The notes under the pieces: generated by a model
The model's database searches: none
What the model was told of the DNA's origin: nothing
What the model saw: only the letters and a program-made list of their open reading frames with translations
Origin: Candidatus Bathyarchaeia archaeon
GTDB taxonomy: Archaea > Thermoproteota > Bathyarchaeia > Bathyarchaeales > Bathycorpusculaceae
Direction: 5' to 3'
Assembly: GCA_038883775.1 (NCBI GenBank)
Contig: JAVZLM010000004.1
Location: forward strand, 113,442 to 177,441
Length of the DNA stretch: 64,000 bases
Program-made: the position numbers and the translations under genes
Shown here: piece after piece, positions 19,058 through 29,432 of the stretch
Layout: the number at the start of each line of letters is the position of its first letter
Position numbering within the stretch: position 1 is the first letter of the stretch

Positions 19058-19993
19058 TTGCCCAATTTTGATGAAGAAGCCTTTCTCGATATATTAGAGA
19101 AGGTGAGCAAAAGCGTCGTCAACATAAGCACAATAAAACTTGTCCACCACGTATTTTATCAAGTAGTTCCAGTAAAAGGGATGGGTTCTGGAACAATAAT
19201 AGACCCTAAAGGGTACATATTAACCAACAATCATGTGGTGGGAGGAGCAGAAAAAATCTCAGTAACCTTATGGAATGGCGAAATATTAGAAGGAAAATTG
19301 GTAGGCTCTTGCACCGTGCATGACATAGCAGTTGTAAAAGTTGATAGAGATTCACTTCTATCAGCTGAGCTTGGAGACTCGGACAAGCTTAGGGTTGGGC
19401 AGAGAGTCTATGCCATTGGAAACCCTTTTGGGTTGGCAGGAGGCCCAACTGTGACCACAGGTGTCATAAGCGCTGTAAACAGAACCATAGAGTCTGGAAA
19501 CGAGTTTTTGGAAAACCTTGTGCAGACTGATGCTGCCATAAACCCTGGAAATAGTGGCGGCCCCCTAGTGAATCTTGAAGGTAAGGTTGTGGCAATAAAC
19601 ACTGCTATAATCCCGTATGCTCAAGGAATTGGCTTTGCCATCCCAATAAACTCTGCTAAAAAATGCGCAAATGAAATAATTACAAATAGAATTTCCACAA
19701 GACCTTGGCTTGGAATAATAGGCTTAAGCATTACTGAAGAGATGGCTCGCTACTACGATTTACCGGTAGAACATGGTGTGCTTGTAACTAGGGTTGTGGA
19801 TGGAAGCCCAGCGGACCATGTTGGAATGACTGCTGGCGACATAATTTTGAGGATGGACGGAACAACCATTTACACTATTGAAGATTTGGTTAGGGAACTT
19901 CACAAGAGGAGAGTTGGAGACAGGGTGAGAATATTTGCTGTCAGCCAAGGTTTGGAACGGCGCTTTGAAGTAACTTTGAGCAAAATGCCTTGA
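19058..19993 (+). CDS. HtrA/DegQ-like serine protease with PDZ domain
   Basis: GSG, LTNNHVV, DIAVV, QTDAAINPGNSGGPL and a PDZ (WLGI...SPA). Confidence 0.95.
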   Translation: MPNFDEEAFLDILEKVSKSVVNISTIKLVHHVFYQVVPVKGMGSGTIIDPKGYILTNNHVVGGAEKISVTLWNGEILEGKLVGSCTVHDIAVVKVDRDSLLSAELGDSDKLRVGQRVYAIGNPFGLAGGPTVTTGVISAVNRTIESGNEFLENLVQTDAAINPGNSGGPLVNLEGKVVAINTAIIPYAQGIGFAIPINSAKKCANEIITNRISTRPWLGIIGLSITEEMARYYDLPVEHGVLVTRVVDGSPADHVGMTAGDIILRMDGTTIYTIEDLVRELHKRRVGDRVRIFAVSQGLERRFEVTLSKMP

Positions 19994-20009
19994 GCAAGTT
20001 TAGGGGTGC

Positions 20010-20603
20010 GTGCAGAAAATCTCTTCCGAAGAAATAGTGAAAACCAAACCTAACCTTTCCTTGTTAGCCCTTATTTCTTTTGTTACCGCTTTTGTGGTTG
20101 CAAGAATATTTACAAGCTTATATCCAAAGGTTTTTTGGGAAATCAGCGGGTTACACATTCACCATTTTTGGTATGGTTTAGCCATGCTTGCAATAGGTGG
20201 TTGGCTTGGCATAAGCTATGAAAGCGAACGAATAAACAGAGTGGCAGCGATTCTTTTTGGCGCTGGAGGCGGACTTATAGGAGATGAAGTTGGGCTTTTG
20301 CTAACTTTAGAAAGTGAGAATTATTGGGCTGGAATAACCTACACAATTATAATAACATTTCTTGCCCTTGCATCACTCCTCATTTTGTTAAATAGATATT
20401 CGAGGCTGATTCGCATGGAATTCACTCAATTTTTGCGCAGCAACGCAAGCCTATATTTTGGCGTTTTCCTTGCTGCAGTCTCCGTAGCATTCATCTTAGA
20501 AACAGAAAACATCATAATCATCACTGTATCAAGTGTCCTAACATTTGCAGCTTGCGTCATAATTTTGGCTTATTTTGCTCAAAAAATAAAAATAAGACAT
20601 TAA
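20010..20603 (+). CDS. integral membrane protein (HIHH motif)
   Basis: About 6 TM segments; LHIHHFWYG and GLIGDE. Confidence 0.7.
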   Translation: MQKISSEEIVKTKPNLSLLALISFVTAFVVARIFTSLYPKVFWEISGLHIHHFWYGLAMLAIGGWLGISYESERINRVAAILFGAGGGLIGDEVGLLLTLESENYWAGITYTIIITFLALASLLILLNRYSRLIRMEFTQFLRSNASLYFGVFLAAVSVAFILETENIIIITVSSVLTFAACVIILAYFAQKIKIRH

Positions 20604-20625
20604 ATAGCATAGGCAGCGTGTCTCA

Positions 20626-21510
20626 ATGCACAAAAACAGTTGCCCAACGAGAAGCGTGAAATACTTAAAAATAGCTTTAGGCATTACCCTATCATTCTTC
20701 ATTATTGAATTGGTTGGCGGAATCCTAACAAATAGTCTTGCCCTTCTAGCGGATGCTTGGCACATGTTAAATGATGCCGCAGCCCTAATTTTCGCGCTTA
20801 TGGCTGCATGGATTTCCGTTCGCCCAACCAACGTGAAAAAGACCTTTGGATATTATAGGGCTGAAATTTTGGCGGCTTTTTTGAATGGTGTCTTCTTATG
20901 GGGTATTGTCATTTTCATTTTTTACGAGGCAATCCAGCGATTTCAAAATCCAATTCAAGTGGAAAGTTTAAACATGCTCATCATAGCCTTCTCTGGTTTG
21001 GCAGCCAATGGATTGTCAGCCATCACCCTCTCCAAATCTAAAAGCGAAAGTTTAAACGTTAAAGGCGCTTTTCTCCATGTTTTAGCTGACGCTTTAGGCT
21101 CTATTGGAGCAATTTCCGCTGGAATAATAATGTATTTTACAGGGTGGTATCAAGCCGACACCATCATCAGCATGATGTTGGGCGCATTAATCTTTTACAG
21201 TTCTTGGAAACTCATCCGAGAATCCATAAACGTTCTCCTCGAAGGAGTCCCCTATGGCATTAACTTGAATGCTGTTGAGCGGAGGATTATGGAGCAAGAA
21301 GGCGTGAATGAAGTTCACGATCTCCATGTGTGGTGTATTACTCCTACTAAGATGTGTTGTGTGAGCTGTCATATTGTGGTGAAAAAGGATGCGGATAAGA
21401 GGAAACTTCTTTCGGATTTGATGAAAATTTTAAGTGAAGAGTTTGGGATAGACCACACAACCATTCAGTTAGAAGATGAGGGGTATCCGAAGGCAATTAG
21501 CGAGCATTGA
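20626..21510 (+). CDS. cation diffusion facilitator (CzcD-like)
   Basis: SLALLADAWHMLND, AFLHVLAD, VHDLHVW and HTTIQ. Confidence 0.93.
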   Translation: MHKNSCPTRSVKYLKIALGITLSFFIIELVGGILTNSLALLADAWHMLNDAAALIFALMAAWISVRPTNVKKTFGYYRAEILAAFLNGVFLWGIVIFIFYEAIQRFQNPIQVESLNMLIIAFSGLAANGLSAITLSKSKSESLNVKGAFLHVLADALGSIGAISAGIIMYFTGWYQADTIISMMLGALIFYSSWKLIRESINVLLEGVPYGINLNAVERRIMEQEGVNEVHDLHVWCITPTKMCCVSCHIVVKKDADKRKLLSDLMKILSEEFGIDHTTIQLEDEGYPKAISEH

Positions 21511-21578
21511 AAGGCGTAGCTTTGCAGAAAACTTTTACTCATCAATCCTTTAATAGAAGTGTTGTGAGGTGAAAGCGT

Positions 21579-21728
21579 TTGAAAGCGAAATTAATTGTGG
21601 ATGGCGAAGAAATAAGCCTTAACGAGTTTGTTGTAAAAATCTTAAGCGGAACCATTGTTGGAGCAGTAACTTCCCTTAAAGGGATAAAGAAGGACTGGAA
21701 AGAGATTGAAATAAAAGTCACAAGATAA
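21579..21728 (+). CDS. 49-aa small protein resembling the C-terminal domain of archaeal MobB proteins
   Basis: Not in the ORF track. GAGGTGA SD, TTG start; MKAKLIVDGEEISLNEFVVKILSGTIVGAVTSLKGIKKDWKEIEIKVTR. Confidence 0.7.
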   Translation: MKAKLIVDGEEISLNEFVVKILSGTIVGAVTSLKGIKKDWKEIEIKVTR

Positions 21729-21737
21729 ACGCAAGTG

Positions 21738-22271
21738 TTATCCGCTTAAAATTGTTGATATTTCTATGGGAGCAAACATTTCCCTCTTCGCCTTGCAGAT
21801 GGGACAAATGTAGGGTGGGTCTTCCCGAAAAACCACGTAACCGCACTGTTTGCAATACCAAAGTTTCAGCTTTATCTCAGAAGGCTTCTTAGCAACTACT
21901 GCAACAGCCTCAGAAGTTTCTTCGGCTTTTCCATAAGCCCTAGCTTGCTTTTCTAAAGGTCTACGTTCAGGAACAGGCATGAGTGGAGTTTTGCCTTCAT
22001 ACACATCTTTTCTAACATAAAGTGCGCAGTAGCAAGCCCCAAACTCTTCAACGTCTAAATCTCGATAATCGCATGGGCATATTATATCTCTATCCCACTC
22101 AAATTTTCCTGATGCTAATCTGCAAGGGCATGAGGGATACCCATAACGTTCCTCATTCCTTTTTAATCCTTCAAGTAAGTCTTTAAGGAAATCTGGGTTT
22201 GGGTTTAAATAGTAGCCGTGGGTTTTTGCGTCGCTTTCCACTCTTTGGCGAACTTTTTCAATTGTTATCAA
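21738..22271 (-). CDS. ferredoxin:thioredoxin (disulfide) reductase catalytic domain fused to a rubredoxin-like domain
   Basis: CPC, CPC and CYC motifs; C-terminal WYCKQCGY...CPIC. Confidence 0.92.
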   Translation of the reverse strand: MITIEKVRQRVESDAKTHGYYLNPNPDFLKDLLEGLKRNEERYGYPSCPCRLASGKFEWDRDIICPCDYRDLDVEEFGACYCALYVRKDVYEGKTPLMPVPERRPLEKQARAYGKAEETSEAVAVVAKKPSEIKLKLWYCKQCGYVVFREDPPYICPICKAKREMFAPIEISTILSG

Positions 22272-22552
22272 ATTTCTAAAATCTCCTTCAGTTTATCTTT
22301 GCGGAAACCATTAATCAGAATTTTATCGTCTATTATTATTGCTGGATAGCTAAGGCTTCCCTTCCTAGTCAAAATGTCTTTTCGAATTTTTTCTTTATCT
22401 TCATCACCGCTGAGGTCCACATCCACATACTCATATTCAATTTCGTTCTCTTTCAGAAACTGTTTTGTTAATTTGCACCATGCGCATGTGCTTAATGCAT
22501 AAACCAAAACCTTATGCTTTTTGTTTTTTCCTGGAACCTTAACGATGTTCAT
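22268..22552 (-). CDS. glutaredoxin/NrdH-like protein
   Basis: STCAWC, SYPAII and GF; overlaps the FTR start by 4 bp. Confidence 0.9.
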   Translation of the reverse strand: MNIVKVPGKNKKHKVLVYALSTCAWCKLTKQFLKENEIEYEYVDVDLSGDEDKEKIRKDILTRKGSLSYPAIIIDDKILINGFRKDKLKEILEI

Positions 22553-22667
22553 TTTCTCAGCTCACGCATTTCCTTTAGGTTTAGCGCATAATATAACTAT
22601 TTGCCGTGTGAGAGGCTTAAAAATTAGAAAAGCTAATATTTTTACGCTTTAACCTATGATTAGGTGA

Positions 22668-22988
<321 letters not shown>

Positions 22989-23073
22989 AGGCGAATCATT
23001 AACTTACTCTTCTTTTTCACACTTGATGTTACAGACTATTTGATGTCATTGTTTCGCTTAGGTTTACACATGC

Positions 23074-23688
23074 TTATTTTAGCGTTTCTTCTAAACGTTT
23101 GTTTACTTCTTCCCAGTTAACAATGTTCCAGAAGGCTTCAACAAATTTGGCTCTATCATTTTTATAATCTATGTAGTAGGCATGCTCGAAAACGTCCAAA
23201 ACCATGAGGATTCTAAACATTGGATAAACGTTTGCGTTGTGCTTTTCTATTTGCATTATTATTGGTCTGTTAGTTTGTTTGCAGAAGGTTAATGCTGCCC
23301 ATCCAGAACCTTCCACGCTAACAGCGGCTTGTGAAAATTCTTTCTTGAACCTTTCAAAACTTCCAAATTCTTCATTTAAGGCTTCCCCTAAAACTTCGCT
23401 GGGTTTTCCACCGCCCTTGCTTGGAGGCGCCAAGTTTCCCCAGAAAAGCGAATGAAGCAGATGTCCGCCTATGTTAAATGAAAGTTCTTTTAGGGTTGAT
23501 TTGATGTCTATTTCCGCATTTTCCTTTCTTGTCTTATCAAGCCTTTGAAGAATTGTGTTGGCGCCGTTAACGTAGGCTTGATGATGTTTACTATGGTGTA
23601 TTCTTAACTGTTCCTCAGACATGTAAGGCGCTAAATCCTTATAATCATAGGGCAATGGTGGTAAAACGTAAAATTTTGTTTTCTCCAA
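23074..23688 (-). CDS. sod: Fe/Mn superoxide dismutase
   Basis: [22 protein letters not shown] and DVFEHAYY. Confidence 0.96.
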   Translation of the reverse strand: MEKTKFYVLPPLPYDYKDLAPYMSEEQLRIHHSKHHQAYVNGANTILQRLDKTRKENAEIDIKSTLKELSFNIGGHLLHSLFWGNLAPPSKGGGKPSEVLGEALNEEFGSFERFKKEFSQAAVSVEGSGWAALTFCKQTNRPIIMQIEKHNANVYPMFRILMVLDVFEHAYYIDYKNDRAKFVEAFWNIVNWEEVNKRLEETLK

Positions 23689-23776
23689 CTTTCACACCTT
23701 TAGCTTTCTATATAGGCTTATGGAAGCTTTATATTTTGTCCTTGCACTTCATATTAGAAAATAAGCGGTGGATAAA

Positions 23777-23938
23777 TTGGATAAGTGGGAATGCACGGTT
23801 TGCGGTTACATTTACGATCCAGAAGTTGGAGACCCAGAACATAACATAAAGCCTGGAACCCCCTTTGAGGATTTACCAGAAGATTGGATTTGTCCAGTTT
23901 GTAATGCGCCTAAAAGCCAATTTGTTAAAAAGGAATAG
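23777..23938 (+). CDS. rubredoxin (53 aa)
   Basis: Not in the ORF track. [19 protein letters not shown]...[17 protein letters not shown]. Confidence 0.95.
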   Translation: MDKWECTVCGYIYDPEVGDPEHNIKPGTPFEDLPEDWICPVCNAPKSQFVKKE

Positions 23939-24000
23939 AAGACATTAATTTTCAAACTTTTTATATTATGATTTTGTTATTTTTGAAATGGTTACCTCTT

Positions 24001-26094
24001 ATGTCTATTGCGAAAATAAGGAAGAGAGACGGAAGAATTGTTGATTTCGATTCTTCAAAAATAAAAGATGCAATACATAGAGCGTTTATTGCTGTGGAGC
24101 TTGAGAATGGTGAAAGAGCGGAAAGTCTTACAAAGGATGTTGTTAGGCTTCTTGAAGAAAGATTTAAGGAAAAAATTCCGTCGGTTGAAGATGCCCAAGA
24201 CATTGTTATTGAAGTTTTGAAGAAAGGTGGTTATGGAAAAGTTGCAGAGGAATATGCGAGCTATAGGAAAAGGAAGGAGGAGATAAGAGAGCTAAAAGAG
24301 AAGTTGGGAATTGTAGAACCAAAATTAACTGTTAACGCTCTTGAAGTTTTGAATAGGCGATACCTCTTAAAAGATGAAACGGAAAGGATTATAGAAACTC
24401 CAGCGCAAATGTTTGAACGAATAGCCAAAGCCATAGCAAGTGTTGACAAATTATACGGCGAAGACCCACGTGAAAGCGCAAAAATTTTTTATAATATGAT
24501 GACACGGCTTGAGTTTATTCCAAACTCCCCAACCCTTTTCAATGCTGGAACAGAGCTTGGCCAGTTATCTGCATGTTTTGTTTTGCCAGTGGAAGATTCT
24601 TTAGAAAGCATCTTCTCAGCCGTCAAAAACATGGCTTTAATAGAAAAAAGCGGGGGAGGCGTAGGCTTCGACTTTTCAAAATTAAGACCAAACGGGGACA
24701 TTGTAAGATCAACGAAAGGCGTAGCCTCTGGTCCTGTAAGTTTCATGCGTGTTTTTGATACGGCTACTGAAGTGATAAAGGCTGGTGGGAAAAGGAGAGG
24801 CGCTATGATGGGAATTTTAAGAGTTGACCATCCCGACATTCTTGAATTCATAACCTCAAAGCAAAAGCCAGGTTTTCTTTCAAACTTTAACATTTCCGTC
24901 GCTGTGACAGATGATTTTATGAATACCTTGGAAGAAGACGGCGAGTATTGGCTAATAAATCCGAGAAATAAGGAAAGGGTGAGAAAGCTTAAAGCCCAAA
25001 ATGTTTGGAATATGATGATACAATCCGCTTGGATGAGTGGAGACCCTGGCGTTATCTTCATAGATGAGATTAATAGGCATAATCCGACGCCAGCGGTTGG
25101 AAGGATAGAGGCGACCAACCCTTGCGGTGAGCAGCCGCTTTTGCCTTATGAGTCTTGTAATTTGGGTTCAATAAATCTTTCAAGAATGGTTGAGGATGGA
25201 AAAATAGATTGGGAAAAATTGAGGGGAACGGTGAGGAATGCTGTTCACTTTCTTGACAACGTTATTGATGCTAACAAGTATCCCCTAAAAGAAATAGAAG
25301 TCATAACCAGAGCGAATAGGAAGATAGGCTTGGGGGTTATGGGTTTTGCTGACATGCTCATAAAACTTGGGATTCGCTACGACTCTGAAGAGGCTTTGGC
25401 TCTTGCTGAAAAACTTATGAAATTCATTGATGAAGAAGCACACAAGAAATCTATGGAAATAGGTGAAGAAAGGGGTTCATTTCCAAACTTTGAAAATAGC
25501 ATTTGGAAAGATAAATACAGGGCTATGCGAAACGCCACCGTAACGACTATAGCGCCGACTGGAAGCATAAGCATAATAGCCGGCTGCTCTTCAGGAATCG
25601 AACCCATATTCGCCATTTCCTTCATAAGAAATGTTTTAGGCGGAACAAGACTTTTCGAAACCAATCCATTGTTTGAGATGACAGCAAAGGAAAGGGGATT
25701 TTACAGCGCCAAACTTTTGGAGGAAATTGCCAAAACGGGTTCTGTTCAAAAAATCGATGAAGTGCCAGAAGACGTTAAGAAAGTTTTCGTCACAGCCTTG
25801 GACATAAAACCTGAATGGCATGTGCGGATGCAAGCTGCATTCCAAAAGTACACGGATAACGCGGTTTCAAAAACCGTTAATATGCCAACAGAAGCCACAG
25901 TAGACGATGTGAAAATGGTTTACGAGCTTGCTTGGAAACTAAAATGTAAGGGCGTAACCGTTTTCAGATATGGAAGCAAACCAGAACAAGTGCTATACAT
26001 AGGAGAGATAAAAACTAGGGAAAAACAGTTTGTTACGGCTGAATCTGAATATGCTGGTGGGTGTCCAACAAAAACATGCCCCTTCCCAGGCTAA
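24001..26094 (+). CDS. nrdJ: adenosylcobalamin-dependent (class II) ribonucleotide reductase with ATP cone
   Basis: KRDG ATP cone, [28 protein letters not shown] and a C-terminal Cys pair. No intein apparent. Confidence 0.93.
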   Translation: MSIAKIRKRDGRIVDFDSSKIKDAIHRAFIAVELENGERAESLTKDVVRLLEERFKEKIPSVEDAQDIVIEVLKKGGYGKVAEEYASYRKRKEEIRELKEKLGIVEPKLTVNALEVLNRRYLLKDETERIIETPAQMFERIAKAIASVDKLYGEDPRESAKIFYNMMTRLEFIPNSPTLFNAGTELGQLSACFVLPVEDSLESIFSAVKNMALIEKSGGGVGFDFSKLRPNGDIVRSTKGVASGPVSFMRVFDTATEVIKAGGKRRGAMMGILRVDHPDILEFITSKQKPGFLSNFNISVAVTDDFMNTLEEDGEYWLINPRNKERVRKLKAQNVWNMMIQSAWMSGDPGVIFIDEINRHNPTPAVGRIEATNPCGEQPLLPYESCNLGSINLSRMVEDGKIDWEKLRGTVRNAVHFLDNVIDANKYPLKEIEVITRANRKIGLGVMGFADMLIKLGIRYDSEEALALAEKLMKFIDEEAHKKSMEIGEERGSFPNFENSIWKDKYRAMRNATVTTIAPTGSISIIAGCSSGIEPIFAISFIRNVLGGTRLFETNPLFEMTAKERGFYSAKLLEEIAKTGSVQKIDEVPEDVKKVFVTALDIKPEWHVRMQAAFQKYTDNAVSKTVNMPTEATVDDVKMVYELAWKLKCKGVTVFRYGSKPEQVLYIGEIKTREKQFVTAESEYAGGCPTKTCPFPG

Positions 26095-26111
26095 AACACG
26101 TGAAATGGCGT

Positions 26112-26429
26112 TTACATTTCTTTTTGGATGATGATTTCTCTGCCTTCGAAAATGGCTCTTATGAGTTTTTCTCTTGCATTTTCAACCAATCGCCAAACAG
26201 TATTCCTTGAAACCATCATTCTTTCGCCAGCTTCTTCAAAAGACAATTTTTCCAAATCTATTAGCCTCAATGCTTCTATTTCGGCTTGTTCCAAGTAAAT
26301 GGGTTCTAAACTTTTTTTGGGTGTGGGTTCAAGTTTTTCTGTGGTTGGGTTTGTGGTTACTGCTATGGGTTTTGGTGGTCTTCCAACTCTGCCGTGTCTT
26401 CGTCTTTTGCGCCATTGCCATCCTGACAT
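26112..26429 (-). CDS. DUF134-family HTH protein
   Basis: GRPPK...EIEALRLIDLE..SFEEAGERMMVSRNTVWR...AR.KL. Confidence 0.88.
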   Translation of the reverse strand: MSGWQWRKRRRHGRVGRPPKPIAVTTNPTTEKLEPTPKKSLEPIYLEQAEIEALRLIDLEKLSFEEAGERMMVSRNTVWRLVENAREKLIRAIFEGREIIIQKEM

Positions 26430-26432
26430 GGT

Positions 26433-26496
26433 TTATGGGATATATCACAAAACTTAAATAGTTTATGCTCCAACTATTATGTGACATATCACAAAA
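26433..26496. promoter_or_regulatory. two 20-bp palindromic operator-like repeats flanking a TATA box
   Basis: TTATGGGATATATCACAAAA (26433-26452) and TTATGTGACATATCACAAAA (26477-26496), 18/20 identical; CTTAAATA lies between them. Confidence 0.65.
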
Positions 26497-26512
26497 TAGA
26501 GGCGAAACCAAA

Positions 26513-26725
26513 ATGAGAGGATGGCGCTACAGACCAAGAGGATGGTGGTGTCCAAGACATCCGTGGCCTCCACCTTGGGCTCAAAGTCAGTATTATCCTT
26601 ATCCAGCTGACCCAAACGAAGAACTGAAAGCCTTAGAGGATTTAAGAAAGAGCATAGAATTGGAACTTGCAGACTTAAATAAACGCATAGAAGAGCTTAG
26701 GACGCTGATTCAAGAGAAAAAGTGA
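26513..26725 (+). CDS. DUF5320-like small protein (Arg/Trp/Pro-rich N-terminus plus coiled coil)
   Basis: MRGWRYRPRGWW...EELKALE...LNKRIEEL; usual neighbour of DUF134/NifX genes. Confidence 0.65.
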   Translation: MRGWRYRPRGWWCPRHPWPPPWAQSQYYPYPADPNEELKALEDLRKSIELELADLNKRIEELRTLIQEKK

Positions 26726-26731
26726 AGCTTA

Positions 26732-27085
26732 ATGGCAGTACAGCCTAAGAGTTTAAAAGTTGCCATTGCAACGACAAGCGAAAAGGGACTTGAAGATACG
26801 GTTTCGCATGAATTTGGCCACGCAAAAACCTTCACAATTATAGACATAAAAGATAATAGCGTAAAAAATGTGGAGGTAATAGAGAATCCAGCTGCGTCGC
26901 TTAGTCATGGCAAAGGACCAGTCGTGGCAAAATATTTGGCAGACATGAAGGTGAACGTGGTCATTTCAGGGGAAGTTGGACCTGGTGCCACAACCATGCT
27001 TAACGAACTTAAAATAAAAATTTTAGCTGCCAAGTCTGGTGAGCAAGTGATAAACGTTTTAAGAAGTAATTCTCTGATTAAGTGA
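26732..27085 (+). CDS. NifB/NifX-family protein
   Basis: KVAIAT, VSHEFGHA, IENP, GKG and GEVGPGA. Confidence 0.88.
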   Translation: MAVQPKSLKVAIATTSEKGLEDTVSHEFGHAKTFTIIDIKDNSVKNVEVIENPAASLSHGKGPVVAKYLADMKVNVVISGEVGPGATTMLNELKIKILAAKSGEQVINVLRSNSLIK

Positions 27086-27110
27086 TGCGCATCTAAAACA
27101 AGAGTTGGTT

Positions 27111-27527
27111 TTAAGTCGTGGTTTTCATTTTGTAGCTTGTTTTGACTCCTGCTTTTTCGAAAAGTTTTCCAACTGGACAGTTTTCTAATGTTAGTTTGAA
27201 GATTCTTTGAATTCTATCTTCTGGAGCGTCAGCTTTGACTTGAATGTCAAAGTTAGCTTCTGTTATCGTGCCTTCTTCTTCTGATTTTACTGCTTCCAAT
27301 TTAACGTCTAAATCCTTCAGTGGAACACGCATTTTCTTGGCTGTCAAAGCGAAAATGGTTGCAAAGCATCCAGCATAACCCATCACAGCGCATTCCAAAG
27401 CCGTTGGTCCCATGTCTGAGCCGAGTTCTGGTGGAAGGTCAAGGCATATGCTGTGCGCCCTGCCATTGTCAACGGCTATCCTTAAATCCTTAACCAACTT
27501 TGCGTTTGCGTAAAGTTTTTGTGCCAA
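27111..27527 (-). CDS. OsmC-family protein
   Basis: GSDMGPTALE, AGC and NCPV; TTG start after a GGAGGTGA SD. Confidence 0.88.
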   Translation of the reverse strand: MAQKLYANAKLVKDLRIAVDNGRAHSICLDLPPELGSDMGPTALECAVMGYAGCFATIFALTAKKMRVPLKDLDVKLEAVKSEEEGTITEANFDIQVKADAPEDRIQRIFKLTLENCPVGKLFEKAGVKTSYKMKTTT

Positions 27528-27561
27528 ATTTTCACCTCCCTTTGAATTAAAAAAGAAGGGT

Positions 27562-28203
27562 TTAGGGGAGTTTCTTTTTGCATAGGAACCAGTCCACACA
27601 TTCGTAGCCTTCTTGCAAGCGTTTTTCTGCTGCATCCTGCGTGAGTGGCGGTGGAACGATAACTGCCTCGCCTGGACGCCAATTGGCTGGACAAGCAACT
27701 TTGTATTTGTCGGCTGTTTGTAAAGCGTCAACAACCCTCAGAATTTCGTCCATGTTTCTCCCAACATTTAATGGATAGTATATCATGGCTCTTAACGTCA
27801 TTTCTGGATCTATGAAAAAGACGGCACGAACGGCGGCGGTGGCGCTCATTCCTGGGTGAATCATGCCGAAAATTGTGGCAACTTTCATGTCTAAGTCGGC
27901 TATTACTGGAAAGGGAATTTCCACTCCTAACTTTTCCTTTATTCGCCTAACCCATGCTATGTGAGAGTAAACGCTGTCTATGCTCAAACCAATTAGCTGA
28001 ACATTCCGTTTCACAAGTTCATCGTGAATTTTTGCAAAGGCAACAAACTCTGTAGTGCAAACTGGTGTGAAATCTGCTGGATGAGAAAATAGAATTATCC
28101 ATTTTCCCTTGAAGTCTGAAAGCTTAATCTTTCCATGCGTAGTGACAGCTTCAAAATCTGGAACTGGTTCGCCTAATCTCAATAAAGGTCTTTTTTCTTC
28201 CAT
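27562..28203 (-). CDS. peroxiredoxin (Prx6/archaeal type)
   Basis: [28 protein letters not shown] and DWFLC. Confidence 0.95.
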   Translation of the reverse strand: MEEKRPLLRLGEPVPDFEAVTTHGKIKLSDFKGKWIILFSHPADFTPVCTTEFVAFAKIHDELVKRNVQLIGLSIDSVYSHIAWVRRIKEKLGVEIPFPVIADLDMKVATIFGMIHPGMSATAAVRAVFFIDPEMTLRAMIYYPLNVGRNMDEILRVVDALQTADKYKVACPANWRPGEAVIVPPPLTQDAAEKRLQEGYECVDWFLCKKKLP

Positions 28204-28266
28204 TTTATCAACCTCCATTCGTTTTTAGGAACAAAAAACTTTTATCTCAGACTGTTTTATATATTT

Positions 28267-28308
28267 TTCGGATAAAAATAGACGAAATTCAGATAAAAAA
28301 ATACTGAA
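28267..28308. promoter_or_regulatory. tandem imperfect palindromes, candidate Lrp (Ptr2/LrpA) sites
   Basis: TTCGGATAAAAATAGACGAA and TTCAGATAAAAAAATACTGAA, just downstream of TTTTATATA. Confidence 0.45.
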
Positions 28309-28324
28309 ATAGGAATGAAAGCAT

Positions 28325-28759
28325 ATGTCAACGCTGGATAAAATTGACGAAAAAATCCTTCAAATATTAGAAGAAGATGGGCGAAAATCCTTCACAGAAA
28401 TAGCTGAAAAACTGAAAATAAACGAGTCAACAGTCAGAAAACGAGTTTCAGCCATGCAGAAGGAGGGGATAATAAAAAAGTTCACGGTTAAAGTTGACCC
28501 AAGAAAACTGGGAATAAACACTGTTGCCATAGTGGGATTAGAAACAGACCCCACGAAACTTTTAGAAGTAGCTCAAAAACTTTGCGAATTTTCAAAAATT
28601 AAATGTGTTGCGACATCTACTGGAGACCATATGATAATGACAGAAATCTGGACAAGAGATGGAAGGGAACTTACAAAACTTATATCAGAGAAAATTGGAA
28701 CCATTGAAGGAGTGAAAAGGATTTGTCCAGCAATAATTTTAGAAAAATTAAAAGAATAA
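28325..28759 (+). CDS. Lrp/AsnC regulator, Ptr2/LrpA-like
   Basis: HTH DGRKSFTEIA...ESTVRKRV; STGDHMIMTEIW and CPAIILEKLK, as in Ptr2/LrpA. Confidence 0.92.
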   Translation: MSTLDKIDEKILQILEEDGRKSFTEIAEKLKINESTVRKRVSAMQKEGIIKKFTVKVDPRKLGINTVAIVGLETDPTKLLEVAQKLCEFSKIKCVATSTGDHMIMTEIWTRDGRELTKLISEKIGTIEGVKRICPAIILEKLKE

Positions 28760-28778
28760 TGAGGAACGGTGAGCATAA

Positions 28779-29423
28779 GTGAGTTTAATACCTGAAGAAC
28801 ATAAAGAGCACATTAAAGCTGAGCTCCAAGAGAAAATGGAGAATCTAGTAAAAATCATTATGTTCACTCAAGAGGTTGAATGCCAATTTTGCGCCCAGAC
28901 AAGACAATTAATCAATGAGTTGGCAGCCTTAAATGATAAGATTAAGGTTGAAATTTACGATTTTATTGTCGACGCGGATAAGGCTAAAAGATATGGCGTC
29001 GACAAGGTTCCAGCATTAATCATTGTGGGCGAGAAGGATTATGGAATAAGGTTTTATGGACTGCCCTATGGCTATGAGTTTCAAACCCTTCTGGAAAGCA
29101 TAATAAACGTTTCTAGGGGAAGAACAGACCTTTCGGAAGAAACAAAAAACAGACTTAAAGAAATTAAAGCTCCAGTTCACATTCAAGTTTTTGTAACCTT
29201 AACATGTCCATACTGCCCAATGGTTGCAAGCACAGCCCAAAAGTTTGCTATAGAAAATGATTTGATAAGGGCTGATGTGATTGATATAAGCGAATTTCCC
29301 CATTTAGCCCTAAAATATGCGGTTATGGGAACGCCAAAGACCGTTATAAATGAGAAGGTAGAGTTTGTCGGAGCCTTCCCAGAAGATCTATTCTTGGAAC
29401 ACATATTGCTTGCCGCCACCTAG
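28779..29423 (+). CDS. protein disulfide oxidoreductase (PDO, two thioredoxin folds)
   Basis: CQFC and CPYC sites; GLPYGYEF. Confidence 0.92.
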   Translation: MSLIPEEHKEHIKAELQEKMENLVKIIMFTQEVECQFCAQTRQLINELAALNDKIKVEIYDFIVDADKAKRYGVDKVPALIIVGEKDYGIRFYGLPYGYEFQTLLESIINVSRGRTDLSEETKNRLKEIKAPVHIQVFVTLTCPYCPMVASTAQKFAIENDLIRADVIDISEFPHLALKYAVMGTPKTVINEKVEFVGAFPEDLFLEHILLAAT

Positions 29424-29432
29424 GTTTTAAAC

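Noticed and set aside
24489-25118. 209-aa antisense ORF, and similar ones at 29943-30566, 57034-57567 and 59056-59535
   Set aside because: These are shadow ORFs opposite well-supported genes, with no recognisable motifs.
24001-26094. Possible intein in the ribonucleotide reductase
   Set aside because: Length and motif spacing are normal; no splice-junction or LAGLIDADG motifs seen.
26732-27085. Nitrogen fixation inferred from the NifB/NifX-family gene
   Set aside because: The family is widespread in non-diazotrophs and no nifHDK is present in the window.
27528-27734. N-terminal extension of the OsmC ORF
   Set aside because: It overlaps the peroxiredoxin in another frame; a strong SD supports the TTG start at 27527.
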